This document shows positions 10,051 through 21,800 of a stretch of 32,000 bases of DNA, in pieces (position 1 is the first letter of the stretch; each line of letters begins with the position of its first letter). Origin of the DNA: Wigglesworthia glossinidia endosymbiont of Glossina morsitans morsitans (Yale colony) (GTDB taxonomy: Bacteria; Pseudomonadota; Gammaproteobacteria; Enterobacterales; Enterobacteriaceae). The stretch is taken from NCBI RefSeq assembly GCF_000247565.1, contig NC_016893.1:210001-242000 (forward strand). Reading direction: 5' to 3'. The notes under the pieces were generated by a model. That model saw only the letters and a program-made list of their open reading frames with translations. It was not told the DNA's origin and did not search any database. Both the position numbers and the translations under genes were made by a program.

Positions 10051-11964
10051 CTATTTTTTACTAGAAATGTGAGTAATTAATAAATTATTAATACGTTGAA
10101 CAAATTTATTTGGATCTTCTAAATTTCCGCATTCAGATAGTAATGCTTCTTCTAATAAAAGATCAATCCAATTATTAAATTGTTTTTGATTTTGTATTTT
10201 AAAAATATATATAATTAAAGGATGCACAGCATTTATTTCGAATATATATTTTATTTCAGGGCTATTTTGTCCTGTTGAAATAAGTAATTTAGACATTTGT
10301 GTTGTAATGTCATGTTCGTCTGTGGTAACGGCGGCTGGTGTATTGATCAATTTTGATGTAAATCTAACGTTTTTAACTTTATCTTTTAAATAGGATTTAA
10401 TACGTAATATAATTGGAGATAATTCTTGTTCAGATTTTTTTTGATCTAAAGTTTTATTATCAAAAATTTTTTCTAAATATTCATTATTTTTATTAATAGA
10501 TTGAAATTCAATTTTGTTGAAAGATGTCATGTAATTCATCATCCATTCATCAATACGATCAAAAAGCAGTAAAACTTCTATATTCTTTTCTTTTAATTTT
10601 TCTAAATGAGGATTATTCTTTGCAGAAAGATAATTATCTGCTGTTATATAAAATATTTTTTCTTGTTTTGATTGCATACGTGATACATAATCATCTAATG
10701 ATACATTTTGTATATTTGACTGAGTATATGTTGAGGAAAATCTAAAAAGTTTTACAATATTTAAATAATTTTTATTATCTTCTGAAGGTCCTTCTTTAAG
10801 AATTAAACCAAATTCTTGCCAAAATATTTGATAATCTTTAGGATTATTTTTAGACAAATTATCCAGCATCAATAAAATGCGTTTTGTTAAAGAATTTTTA
10901 ATCATTTTAGTTGCTTGATTATTTTGTAAAATTTCTCTAGAAATATTTAATGGTAAATCGCTCGAATCAATTATACCTTTAATAAATCTTAAATAATTTG
11001 GTATAAATTCATTAGATTGATCCATAATAAAAATTTTTCTTACATATAATTTTAATCCGTGCTTATTGTCACGATTCCATATATCCCATGAAGCTTTTCT
11101 TGGTATATATAACAAGCTACTATATTCTTGATTACCTTCTACATGATTATGACTCCAAGCGATTGGATTTTGATCGTCATGAAAAAAATTTTTATAAAAT
11201 TCTTTATATTCATTATCATTAATATCAGATTTTTTTCTTGTCCATAATGATGTTCCAGTATTAACTTGATTCCAAGTTAAATTTGATTGTAAACTTGGAG
11301 TAATTATTTTATTTTTTTGTGTTTTTTGAATTTGCATTTTAATCGGGAAACTAACATGATTTGAATATTTTTGAATAATGTTTTTAATTGTTATTTCATC
11401 GGCAAACATGGTTTCTGAATCTTTCAAATATAAAATAACTTCTGTTCCTATTTCTTTTTTTCTAATATTAGAAACTGAATATTCTCCTTGACCATTTGAT
11501 TCCCATAAAACTCCATCTTTCTTATCAGATAAAAAAGATCTTGTACGTACAATTACTTTTTCAGCAACAATAAAAGCTGAATAAAATCCTACTCCAAATT
11601 TTCCAATAAGCTGATTATTTTTTAATACATCTGTATTTATGGATTTAAGAAATGATTTTGTTCCAGATTTAGCAATAGTACCTAAGTTTTCTATTATTTC
11701 TTCATGAGACATACCTATTCCGTTATCTCGGATCGAAATTTTTTTTTCATCTTTATTATATGATATTAAGATACACGGTGATTGTATTTTTTTATTTAAT
11801 TCTGGTTTCGATAACATCAAAAATCTTAATTTATCTAATGCATCGGATGCATTAGAAATCAATTCCCTTAAGAAAATTTCTTTGTTAGAATATAACGAAT
11901 GAATCATTAAATTTAATAACTGTTTTACTTCAGATTGAAATTTTAAAGTTTTTTTTTCTTCCAT
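10051..11964 (-). CDS. htpG: Chaperone HtpG (Hsp90)
   Basis: 637 aa; SLYSNKEIFLRELISNASDALDKLR, DNGIGMSHEEIIENLGTIAKSGTKSF, GQFGVGFYSAFIVA-like motif, FIKGIIDSSDLPLNISREILQ. Confidence 0.97.
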   Translation of the reverse strand: MEEKKTLKFQSEVKQLLNLMIHSLYSNKEIFLRELISNASDALDKLRFLMLSKPELNKKIQSPCILISYNKDEKKISIRDNGIGMSHEEIIENLGTIAKSGTKSFLKSINTDVLKNNQLIGKFGVGFYSAFIVAEKVIVRTRSFLSDKKDGVLWESNGQGEYSVSNIRKKEIGTEVILYLKDSETMFADEITIKNIIQKYSNHVSFPIKMQIQKTQKNKIITPSLQSNLTWNQVNTGTSLWTRKKSDINDNEYKEFYKNFFHDDQNPIAWSHNHVEGNQEYSSLLYIPRKASWDIWNRDNKHGLKLYVRKIFIMDQSNEFIPNYLRFIKGIIDSSDLPLNISREILQNNQATKMIKNSLTKRILLMLDNLSKNNPKDYQIFWQEFGLILKEGPSEDNKNYLNIVKLFRFSSTYTQSNIQNVSLDDYVSRMQSKQEKIFYITADNYLSAKNNPHLEKLKEKNIEVLLLFDRIDEWMMNYMTSFNKIEFQSINKNNEYLEKIFDNKTLDQKKSEQELSPIILRIKSYLKDKVKNVRFTSKLINTPAAVTTDEHDITTQMSKLLISTGQNSPEIKYIFEINAVHPLIIYIFKIQNQKQFNNWIDLLLEEALLSECGNLEDPNKFVQRINNLLITHISSKK

Positions 11965-12080
11965 ATTTGATTCCTAATATTTTTAAAATAGTTTATCTTA
12001 AAATTTTTAGCGATTATAATTATAATTTTTTTGAATTTTAATTACACTATGAATTTTATTAGATAATTAATTAATTTTAT

Positions 12081-12407
12081 TTAAAACGGCATTTTAAATC
12101 CCGGCGGCAACTGCATTGCATTTGATACTGCTGCAATTTTTTCTTTTTGTATTTCTGAAATTCTGCGAATAGCATCATTGAAAGCAGCAGCTATAAGATC
12201 TTCTAGCATTTCTTTATCTGATAATAAACTATTATCAATTTTTACATAATTGCAGTTATGTGATCCATTAAGTTTTACTTGAACGAGTCCTGCTCCAGAT
12301 TCTCCAATAGATTCTAATCGAGCAATCTCTTCTTGCATCCATTGCATTTTTTCTTGAATTTTTTGAGCTTGTTGCATTAGATTATTCATTCCATTTTTAT
12401 CAAACAT
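12081..12407 (-). CDS. ybaB: Nucleoid-associated YbaB/EbfC family protein
   Basis: 108 aa; [40 protein letters not shown]...[16 protein letters not shown]; located between dnaX and htpG. Confidence 0.94.
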   Translation of the reverse strand: MFDKNGMNNLMQQAQKIQEKMQWMQEEIARLESIGESGAGLVQVKLNGSHNCNYVKIDNSLLSDKEMLEDLIAAAFNDAIRRISEIQKEKIAAVSNAMQLPPGFKMPF

Positions 12408-12649
12408 TATTGATCTCTATTAATATTCAAACTGTTATAGAATAATTAAAAAGCTTAAGATATTCAAATTTATTTAAAAAAATTTTAATTCTTTAAATAA
12501 AATTTAATTTTTTAAATAAAAATCTAAATATTCCATGCATATTAAATTTGATAGTATAAAAAAAATATTATGCAAATAAACTGTAAATTTATATAAAAAT
12601 ATATTTTTAGTATCTTAAAATAAAAAAATAATGAGTGTTTTCTAAAAAT

Positions 12650-12680
12650 TTGTACTGACAATATACGTGCTGTATATAAT
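12650..12680 (+). promoter_or_regulatory. Sigma70-like promoter candidate with embedded 6-bp inverted repeat
   Basis: ttgtac at 12650-12655 and exact tataat at 12675-12680 (overlapping alternative tatata at 12673-12678 gives 17-nt spacing); atatac/gtatat repeat at 12661-12677. Confidence 0.2.
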
Positions 12681-12715
12681 AAATCAATTTACAATAATTA
12701 TAACACATTGTTTTT

Positions 12716-13807
12716 TTAATTTATAGAATATAAAAAAGCGCGTAAAATTATCATTTCTACTGCAATTTTTTGTTCAGGTGCATAAGTCAGCTCTTGTCTA
12801 CCTTTAAGAAAAATTTGATAATAATTATGTAAATCATTTGTGGAAATTTTTTTTGAAATTTTCTGAAATCGTATATATTTTTCTTTTTTTAATATGAAAT
12901 TCATTTTATTAGGATAAATTTGAAAAAGTATAATTTGATGTATTAGTATTAACAATTTAATTAAAAAATCATCCCAATTTACAATTTTTTTTGCGCATAT
13001 TTCAAAAAAAGATATTAACTGTTCTTTATTAGATAAAATTAAAGCTTCAAATAAATTAAATATTTCGTTTATATGCACAATACCTAACATTTTAGATACT
13101 AAATTTGATAAAATTTTATTGTTCCCTAGTATTAATGCTTTCTCTGTTAAGCTTAACGCATTTCGCATGCTTTTTTGCGAACTTTGTGCTATTAAATCTA
13201 AAGCGTACTCTTCATAGTAAACATTTTCTAATGTTAATATATTTTTTAATCGATCAATAATGTATTTTTTTCGTATAGGTTGAAGATTTAAATGAAAACA
13301 TCTCGAAAAAATTGTTTCTGGAATTTTATATATTTCAGTAGTTGCTAAAATGAATTTTGTATGTAATGGAGGTTCTTCTAATATTTTTAACAAAGCGTTA
13401 AAGCTATATTTAGATAACATATGTACTTCATCTATAATATATATCTTATATCTACCTTTTGATGGAGAATATTTAATGGTATCTAGCACTTCTTTAATAT
13501 ATTCTATCTTTGTATAAGATGCGGCATCAATTTCGATTAAATCAATAAAACAATTACTATCAGCTTCTTGGCAATTACAACATGATTGGCATGGCCGAAA
13601 TGTTATTCCATTTTTACAATTTAATCCTTTTGCAATTAATCGTGCGAGACTAGTTTTACCTATGCCTTTAATGCCACTAATTAAATAAACACTTTGAATT
13701 CTTTTTAAAAGAAAACTATTTTCTATTAATTTTAAAATATTATGTTGACCAATTAATTCATGAAAATGTTTAGGTCTCCATTTTAATGTGAGCGGTTTAT
13801 AATACAT
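12716..13807 (-). CDS. dnaX: DNA polymerase III subunit gamma, short DnaX lacking tau-specific domains
   Basis: 363 aa; GQHNILKLIENSF, SGIKGIGKTSLARLIAKGLNC, zinc module CQSCCNCQEADSNC, YIIDEVHMLSKYSFNALLKILEEPPLH. Confidence 0.95.
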   Translation of the reverse strand: MYYKPLTLKWRPKHFHELIGQHNILKLIENSFLLKRIQSVYLISGIKGIGKTSLARLIAKGLNCKNGITFRPCQSCCNCQEADSNCFIDLIEIDAASYTKIEYIKEVLDTIKYSPSKGRYKIYIIDEVHMLSKYSFNALLKILEEPPLHTKFILATTEIYKIPETIFSRCFHLNLQPIRKKYIIDRLKNILTLENVYYEEYALDLIAQSSQKSMRNALSLTEKALILGNNKILSNLVSKMLGIVHINEIFNLFEALILSNKEQLISFFEICAKKIVNWDDFLIKLLILIHQIILFQIYPNKMNFILKKEKYIRFQKISKKISTNDLHNYYQIFLKGRQELTYAPEQKIAVEMIILRAFLYSIN

Positions 13808-14243
13808 ATATTTTTATTATTTTTTTGGTACATATAAACATTATATAGTAAATAATTATTTATATAAATAATGTTATTAAATTAGTATATAATATTAGGT
13901 TATATTAAATAATAAAGTTTAAATATAAGTAGATTTATTTTTTATAAATTTATGAAACTTATCTCTAAACATTATTTTTTATTTAAATTTTAATTTAATG
14001 AAAAAATTTTATAAAAAATTATTTAATGCATAATATGCATTAATTAATTTATATAAATTAAATTAACTATTTAATTGTGTTTTTGTTATTTATATAATTT
14101 CATGAAAAATTAAAAAACTATTTAATTAAATTTTGTTTTATCAATCAAAATGTATAGTATAAAATATTTTAAATATACATTTAATATAATTAAAAAATTA
14201 ATATTTTTAGTTCTAAACTTATCACTAAAAAATAAATACATAA

Positions 14244-14459
14244 TTGGCAAAAAAAATGAAAAAAATAGATTATCTTATGCGTTTAAGAAAATGCCGAACT
14301 TTAGCTACTTTAGAACGTGTAATTGAAAAAAACAAATACAAATTATCTAACGATGAATTAGAAATTTTTAATTCTGCAGCGGATCATAGATTAGCTGAAA
14401 TTACTATGAATACTTTATATGATAAAGTTCCTAACTCAGTTTGGAAATATGTGCGTTAA
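14244..14459 (+). CDS. hha: Hha family nucleoid/expression modulator
   Basis: 71 aa; [65 protein letters not shown] aligns over full length with E. coli Hha. Confidence 0.96.
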   Translation: MAKKMKKIDYLMRLRKCRTLATLERVIEKNKYKLSNDELEIFNSAADHRLAEITMNTLYDKVPNSVWKYVR

Positions 14460-14501
14460 TTTTTAGTTAATTCAAAATTATTTCGAATATAAAAACAAAA
14501 T

Positions 14502-14597
14502 ACACCAGTATGCATAGCACATATTGATTCGAGCTACGATTGCTTCCTTTCGGACCTGATCGAATTTGCACGTACATTATTGCTTACATACTGGTAA
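14502..14597 (-). ncRNA. ffs: 4.5S (bacterial SRP) RNA
   Basis: Reverse strand contains the SRP domain IV core CGATCAGGTCCGAAAGGAAGCAATCG. Flanks pair as ACCAGTATG.../...CATACTGGT to form one long hairpin. Boundaries approximate. Confidence 0.9.
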
Positions 14598-14615
14598 ATA
14601 ATAGATAAATTCACA

Positions 14616-17600
14616 TCAATTATCTCTTAAATTAGCTTTTAAAAGTTCTTTTAAATTTTCGGAAGCTTCGTCGACGCTAACATGATTAATAGGAGATTGT
14701 AAAGCACTACTTTTTTGTTTGCGTTTTAATAAACGTTTTTTATGGTATGCATACCCTGTACCTGCAGGAATTAATCTACCGACAATTACGTTTTCTTTTA
14801 ATCCTCTTAATTCATCTTTTTTTCCAGATACAGCCGCTTCTGTTAATACACGAGTAGTTTCTTGAAATGAAGCTGCAGAAATAAAAGATTCTGTTGCTAG
14901 AGAAGCTTTTGTAATTCCTAATAAATCACGAGAATAAGTAATTTTATTTGTATTTTGAGTAGTACTATTTGCTATTCTAATCCGAGAGAACTCGATTTGT
15001 TCGCCTTCTAAAAATTCTGATGTTTTACTATTTATAATAGTTGCTTTTTTTAACATTTGACGAATTATTACTTCAATATGTTTATCATTTATTTTTACAC
15101 CTTGCAATCGATATACTTCTTGAACTTCATTCACAATGTATTTTGTTACTGCATGCACTCCTCTTAAACGAAGTATATCGTGTGGAGATTCTGGCCCATC
15201 AGAAATTACATCTCCTTTTTCTACGCGTTCTCCTTCAAAAACATTTAAATTTCTCCATTTTGGAATCATTTCTTCATATATTTCTGATCCGTCAACAGGA
15301 GATATTATTAGCCTTCTTTTTCCTTTTGTTTCTTTTCCAAAAGAAACAATGCCGCTAATTTCTGCTAAAATAGCAGGTTCTTTAGGTTTTCGAGCTTCAA
15401 ATAAATCTGCAACTCGTGGTAAACCTCCTGTAATATCTTTAATTCCACTAGTTTCTAAAGATAAACGTGCAAGTACGTCTCCACTTCTAATTTTTGCTCC
15501 ATTCTCCAATTGTAAAATTGATTTTCCTGGTAAAAAATACTGAGCAGGTATATCTGTACCTGGCAGATAAATATCTTTTCCTTCTGCATTAATAATCTTT
15601 AAAGCAGGACGTAACTCTTTATTTATGCCTGTTCTTTCTGCTGTATCTAATACAGAAATAAAAGATACGCCTGTTAGTTCGTCTGTTTGACGTGTAACTG
15701 TTTGACCTTCTATGATATCACTAAATTTTATATATCCACTGACTTCGGTAATGATTGGAATAGTATGAGGATCCCAATTAGCAATAATTTCTCTGTTATA
15801 AATTTTTTCTCCAGTATTTTTATTAACAATTGCGCCGTATGGAAGTTTATATTTTTCTTTTGTTCTTCCAAATTTATCAATAATTTTTAATGCGGCATGA
15901 CGTGATGTAATTATAATTTTATTATTTTCTGTAATAACAAACTTTGCATTATTTAGTTTTATAATTCCATCATTTCTTGATTGAATACTAGATTCGGAAG
16001 CTGATCGAGCTGCAGCGCCTCCGATGTGGAATGTACGCATTGTTAACTGTGTACCTGGTTCTCCTATAGATTGAGCAGCAATAACTCCGATAGCTTCCCC
16101 TTTATTTACTAAATGACCTCTAGCTAAATCTCTACCGTAACATTTCGCGCATACACCAAAATTTGTTTCGCATGTAACAACTGATCTGACTTTAATTTTA
16201 TCTATTGAATGTTTTTCTAAAATATTACACCATGTTTCGCTTAATAGAATATTACGATTTATTAAAACATTTGATGTTCCAGGTTGTAAAATATCTTCTA
16301 ATATCACTCTGCCTAAAACTCTTTCACGTAATGGTTCCTTAACTTCACCGCCTTCAATTACTGGAGTCATAGTAATTCCAGATAATGTACCGCAGTCGTC
16401 TTCTGTAACGACGAGATCTTGTGCTACATCTACTAATCTTCTAGTTAAATAACCTGAATTTGCAGTTTTTAATGCTGTATCTGCAAGTCCTTTACGTGCT
16501 CCATGAGTAGAAATAAAGTATTGTAATACATTTAGTCCTTCTCTAAAATTTGCAGTAATTGGAGTTTCTATAATTGAACCGTCTGGTTTCGCCATGAGTC
16601 CACGCATTCCTGCAAGTTGTCTGATTTGAGCTGCTGAACCTCTTGCTCCGGAATCGGCCATCATAAAAATATTGTTAAAAGATACCTGTTTATGTTGTAT
16701 ACCGTTGTGGTCAACCACAGTGTCTGTAGATAAATTTTTCATCATTGCTCGAGCTACACGTTCATTTGCTGCTGCCCAAATATCAATTACTTTGTTGTAT
16801 CTTTCTCCTGCAGTAACTAATCCAGATTGAAATTGTTCTTGAATTTCAGATACTTCTTTTTCGGCATCTTGAATAATTTTAGATTTTTTTGATGGAATAA
16901 CAATGTCGTCGATGCCTACTGAAGCTCCTGATTTTGCGGCATATGAAAACCCGGTATACATAATTTGATCTGCGAACATTACTGTCGGTTTTAAGCCTAA
17001 AATACGATAACATGTATTCAACATATTTGAAATTGATTTTTTTCCTAATACTTGATTAACTAACTCAAAAGATAATCCTTTCGGAACAATCATCCACAAA
17101 ATAGATCGTCCAATAGTAGTATCTACTACTTGTATCGTTTTTTCAAATTGACCAGAATTTAATTTTTTGTATTGTGTAATTCTAACTTTTACTTTAGCAT
17201 GTAAATTTGCAATTTTTGAATGATATACATGTTCAGCTTCTTTTGGACTGCTTAATAGCATGCCTTCGCCTTTTTGGTTAATGCAATCACGCGTCATATA
17301 GTACAATCCTAATACTACGTCTTGTGATGGAACAATTATGGGTTCTCCATTAGCAGGGGATAAAATATTATTTGTAGACATCATAAGTGCACGAGCTTCT
17401 AATTGGGCTTCTAGTGTTAATGGAACATGAACGGCCATTTGATCGCCATCAAAATCTGCGTTATAAGCAGCGCAAACTAATGGATGTAGCTGAATAGCTT
17501 TTCCTTCAATTAATATTGGTTCAAATGCTTGAATACCTAATCTGTGTAAAGTAGGTGCTCGATTAAGCATCACTGGATGTTCTTTAATTACTTCTTCTAA

Positions 17601-18833
17601 GATATCCCATACTACACTTTCTTCTCTTTCAACCATTTTTTTTGCAGCTTTGATGGTTGTAGCAAAACCATTTAATTCTAATTTTCCATAAATAAATGGT
17701 TTAAACAATTCTAGAGCCATTTTTTTTGGTAATCCACATTGATGTAAGCGTAAATATGGTCCTACCGTTATTACAGATCTTCCTGAATAATCGACGCGTT
17801 TTCCAAGAAGATTCTGACGAAAACGTCCTTGTTTACCTTTAATCATATCTGCTAAAGATTTTAATGGACGTTTATTTGATCCTGTAATTGCACGTCCGCG
17901 ACGGCCATTATCTAATAATGCATCAACGGCTTCCTGCAGCATACGTTTTTCGTTACGCACGATAATATCGGGTGCTGCAAGATCTAAAAGCCTTTTCAAT
18001 CGATTATTACGATTAATTACTCGACGATATAAATCGTTTAAATCTGATGTTGCAAAACGACCTCCATCCAGTGGAACTAATGGTCTTAAATCTGGAGGAA
18101 GTACGGGTAAAACGTTTAATATCATCCATTCTGGTTTATTACCAGATTGTATAAATGCTTCTAACAATTTTATCCTTTTAGTTAATTTTTTTCTTTTAGT
18201 TTCAGAATTTATTTCTAATAGTTCTTGACGAATTTGGTTACATGTTTCTTTTAAATTAATATTTTTTAATAGTTCTTGAATAGCTTCTGCACCCATTTTA
18301 GCATCAAATTCATCTCCAAATTCTTCTAAAGCATCTAGATACTGTTCTTCTGTAAGAATTTTGCGCTGTTCTAAATTAGTCATGCCTTCTTCAATAACTA
18401 CATAAGATTCAAAATATAGTACGCGTTCAATATCTCTTAATGGCATATCTAATAATAGGCCAATACGTGATGGTAAAGATTTTAAAAACCAAATGTGCGC
18501 TGTAGGAGAAGCTAATTCTATATGACCCATTCTTTCGCGTCTTACTTTTGTTTGTGTTACTTCTACACCGCATTTTTCGCAAATTACGCCTCGGTGCTTC
18601 AATCTTTTATATTTTCCGCATAAACATTCATAATCTTTTACTGGACCAAAAATACGTGCGCAGAAAAGTCCGTCTCTTTCTGGCTTAAAAGTACGATAAT
18701 TAATTGTTTCTGGTTTTTTAATTTCTCCGAATGACCATGATCGAATCATGTCAGGAGATGCTAAAGCAATCTTGATTGCATCAAACTCTTCTATTTTATT
18801 TTGAGTTTTTAAAAATTTTAATAGATCTTTCAC
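14616..18833 (-). CDS. rpoC: RNA polymerase subunit beta'
   Basis: 1405 aa; zinc site [25 protein letters not shown] and active-site [15 protein letters not shown]. Confidence 0.99.
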   Translation of the reverse strand: MKDLLKFLKTQNKIEEFDAIKIALASPDMIRSWSFGEIKKPETINYRTFKPERDGLFCARIFGPVKDYECLCGKYKRLKHRGVICEKCGVEVTQTKVRRERMGHIELASPTAHIWFLKSLPSRIGLLLDMPLRDIERVLYFESYVVIEEGMTNLEQRKILTEEQYLDALEEFGDEFDAKMGAEAIQELLKNINLKETCNQIRQELLEINSETKRKKLTKRIKLLEAFIQSGNKPEWMILNVLPVLPPDLRPLVPLDGGRFATSDLNDLYRRVINRNNRLKRLLDLAAPDIIVRNEKRMLQEAVDALLDNGRRGRAITGSNKRPLKSLADMIKGKQGRFRQNLLGKRVDYSGRSVITVGPYLRLHQCGLPKKMALELFKPFIYGKLELNGFATTIKAAKKMVEREESVVWDILEEVIKEHPVMLNRAPTLHRLGIQAFEPILIEGKAIQLHPLVCAAYNADFDGDQMAVHVPLTLEAQLEARALMMSTNNILSPANGEPIIVPSQDVVLGLYYMTRDCINQKGEGMLLSSPKEAEHVYHSKIANLHAKVKVRITQYKKLNSGQFEKTIQVVDTTIGRSILWMIVPKGLSFELVNQVLGKKSISNMLNTCYRILGLKPTVMFADQIMYTGFSYAAKSGASVGIDDIVIPSKKSKIIQDAEKEVSEIQEQFQSGLVTAGERYNKVIDIWAAANERVARAMMKNLSTDTVVDHNGIQHKQVSFNNIFMMADSGARGSAAQIRQLAGMRGLMAKPDGSIIETPITANFREGLNVLQYFISTHGARKGLADTALKTANSGYLTRRLVDVAQDLVVTEDDCGTLSGITMTPVIEGGEVKEPLRERVLGRVILEDILQPGTSNVLINRNILLSETWCNILEKHSIDKIKVRSVVTCETNFGVCAKCYGRDLARGHLVNKGEAIGVIAAQSIGEPGTQLTMRTFHIGGAAARSASESSIQSRNDGIIKLNNAKFVITENNKIIITSRHAALKIIDKFGRTKEKYKLPYGAIVNKNTGEKIYNREIIANWDPHTIPIITEVSGYIKFSDIIEGQTVTRQTDELTGVSFISVLDTAERTGINKELRPALKIINAEGKDIYLPGTDIPAQYFLPGKSILQLENGAKIRSGDVLARLSLETSGIKDITGGLPRVADLFEARKPKEPAILAEISGIVSFGKETKGKRRLIISPVDGSEIYEEMIPKWRNLNVFEGERVEKGDVISDGPESPHDILRLRGVHAVTKYIVNEVQEVYRLQGVKINDKHIEVIIRQMLKKATIINSKTSEFLEGEQIEFSRIRIANSTTQNTNKITYSRDLLGITKASLATESFISAASFQETTRVLTEAAVSGKKDELRGLKENVIVGRLIPAGTGYAYHKKRLLKRKQKSSALQSPINHVSVDEASENLKELLKANLRDN

Positions 18834-18875
18834 AAATTTTTCTCTATTATATCAAGTTAATATATATTAATTATT

Positions 18876-21800
18876 TTAATTACTTTCTTCTAATTCAATA
18901 TTAATTCCTAAGGATCTAATTTCTTTTAATAAAACATTAAACGATTCCGGCATTCCAGGTTCCATTAAATGACTACCATCAACAATATTTTTATACATTT
19001 TAGTACGTCCATTAACATCATCAGATTTAACGGTAAGCATTTCTTGTAAAGTATATGCTGCTCCATAGGCTTCTAAAGCCCACACTTCCATTTCTCCAAA
19101 TCTTTGACCACCAAACTGAGCTTTCCCTCCTAATGGTTGTTGTGTAACTAAACTGTATGAACCAGTTGATCTTGCATGCATTTTGTCATCTACTAAATGA
19201 TTTAATTTTAACATATACATGTATCCAACAGTAACCGGTCTGTCAAACTTTTCTCCTGTTTGTCCATCAAATAATGTAATTTGACCGGAATCGGGGCATT
19301 GACTAAAACGTAATAGTTCTTTAATTTCTTCTTCTTTAGCACCATCAAATACAGGTGTAGATACTGGCATCCCGTATTTTAAATTATTAGCAAGTTTCAT
19401 AATTTCTAAATCTGAAAAGTTTTCTAATTTAACTTTTTGCCGAATTCCATTTCCTACATTATAAGCATCTTGCATGAATTTACGTATTTTTGATATTTTT
19501 GTATTTTTTTTTAACATGTCATTAATAATATTCCCAATTCCTTTTGCTGCTAAACCTAAATGCGCTTCTAAAATTTGACCAATATTCATCCGAGATGGTA
19601 CTCCTAATGGATTTAATACCATATCAACAGGTATACCATTTTCGTCATATGGCATATCTTCAATTGGCGTAATTTTAGAAATTACTCCTTTGTTACCATG
19701 TCTACCTGCCATTTTATCGCCAGGTTGAATTTGTCTTTTTACGGCTAAATAAACTTTAACTATTTTTAATACTCCCGGTGCTAAATCATCGCCTTGAATA
19801 ATTTTTTTCTTTTTTATTTCTAATTTTGTTTCGAATTCTTTTTGTAAACTAAAATATTTTTTTACTAAATCTTGTAATTTTAACTTTGCATGTTTATCTA
19901 AAAATTTTAAATGTGTTAAATTACCTTTTAAAATATTTGATAGTTCATTACTATCAATATTATTTTGCTTTAAAAAAGTAATAATTTGCATTTTTAAGCT
20001 AATTTTAAAAATTTCTAATTCTTCAATAAAGTTTTTTTGCGCAATTTTTAGTTGCATATCTTCAATTTCTAGAGCTCTTTTATCTTTTTCTACACCATCT
20101 CGAGTAAATATTTCAACATCAATAACTGTTCCAGATACTCCGTTAGGTACTCGCAAAGATGAATCTTTTACATCAGAAGCTTTTTCTCCAAAAATAGCAC
20201 GCAATAATTTTTCTTCTGGAGTTAATTGAGTTTCTCCTTTAGGAGTAACTTTACCTACCAAAATATCGCCTCCTTTAACTTCAGCTCCAATATATACAAT
20301 TCCTGATTCATCTAATTTCAAAAGAGCTGTTTCACTAATATTTGGAATATCTGAGGTAATTTCTTCTGCACCTAATTTGGTATCTCTTGACATGCATGCT
20401 AGTTCTTGAATATGTATTGTAGTAAATCTATCTTCATGTACTACGCGTTCGGAAACTAACATAGAATCTTCAAAGTTATACCCATTCCATGGCATAAAAG
20501 CTATACGCATATTTTGTCCAAGTGCCAATTCTCCTAAATCTGTAGATGGACCGTCAGCTAAAACATCTCCTTGTTCTATTTTATCTCCTAAAGAAATACA
20601 TGGTATTTGATTAATACATGTATTTTGATTTGATCGAACATATTTTGTTAAATGATAAATATCTACGCCTACATCTTTATTTAAGATTTCATTATAATTT
20701 ACTTTAACAATAATTCGAGATGCATCTAAATACTGTATAATACCGCCTCTTTTAGCAACAGCAGTTACTCCTGAATCTACAGCAACTGCTCTTTCCATTC
20801 CGGTTCCTACGAGTGGCTTTTCGGTTCGTAAAGTGGGGACTGCTTGACGTTGCATATTTGCGCCCATTAATGCTCTATTTGCGTCATCGTGTTCTAAAAA
20901 TGGAATTAAAGATGCTCCGACAGAAACAATTTGTTGTGTAGAAACATCCATGTAATTCACTTCTTCGCGACTGAACAAACTTGATTCACCTTTATGCCTG
21001 CATGTAACAAATTCGTTAATTAAATATCCATTTTTATCTAAATTTGTGTTAGCTTGGGCAATAATAAATTTGCCTTCTTCTATAGCTGAAAGGTAATGAA
21101 TATCATCTGTTACTACACTATTTTGAACACATCTATAAGGCGTTTCTAAAAAACCATATTCGTTAGTACGAGCATATACGGATAATGAATTTATTAAGCC
21201 TATATTTGGTCCTTCCGGTGTTTCGATAGGACATACTCTTCCGTAATGTGTGGGATGTACATCTCTGACTTCAAAACCTGCACGTTCACGTGTTAATCCA
21301 CCTGGACCTAATGCTGAAATACGACGTTTATGAGTAATTTCCGATAATGGATTATTTTGATCCATAAATTGAGATAATTGACTAGATCCAAAAAATTCTT
21401 TTACAGCTGCTGAAATAGGTTTAGCGTTAATCATATCTTGCGGCATAATAGTATCTAGATCTCCCAAGGATAATCTTTCTTTTACGGCTCTTTCAACTCT
21501 TACTAAACCTATTCTAAACTGATTTTCAGCCATTTCTCCTACGGATCGAATACGTCTATTTCCTAAATGATCAATGTCATCTACTTCACTTTTCCCATTT
21601 CGAATATCAATTAAACGTTTAATAACATCAATAATGTCTGTCGTACTTAATAAACTTGATCCTTCTGATGTATTTCTAGATAAAGATCGATTAAATTTCA
21701 TTCTACCTACTGAAGAGAGATCATATCGATCTTCTGAAAAAAATAAATTTGCAAACAAATTTTCAGATGCTTCTCGAGTTGGAGGTTCTCCTGGTCTCAT

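Noticed and set aside
10524-10745. 73-aa + strand ORF
   Set aside because: Antisense to htpG, no support.
14461-14615. Region as a tRNA or terminator only
   Set aside because: The GTCCGAAAGGAAGCA core and the long paired arms identify it as 4.5S SRP RNA.
15041-15890. Three overlapping + strand ORFs (105, 135 and 67 aa)
   Set aside because: Antisense shadows of rpoC, with compositions typical of reverse-frame translations.
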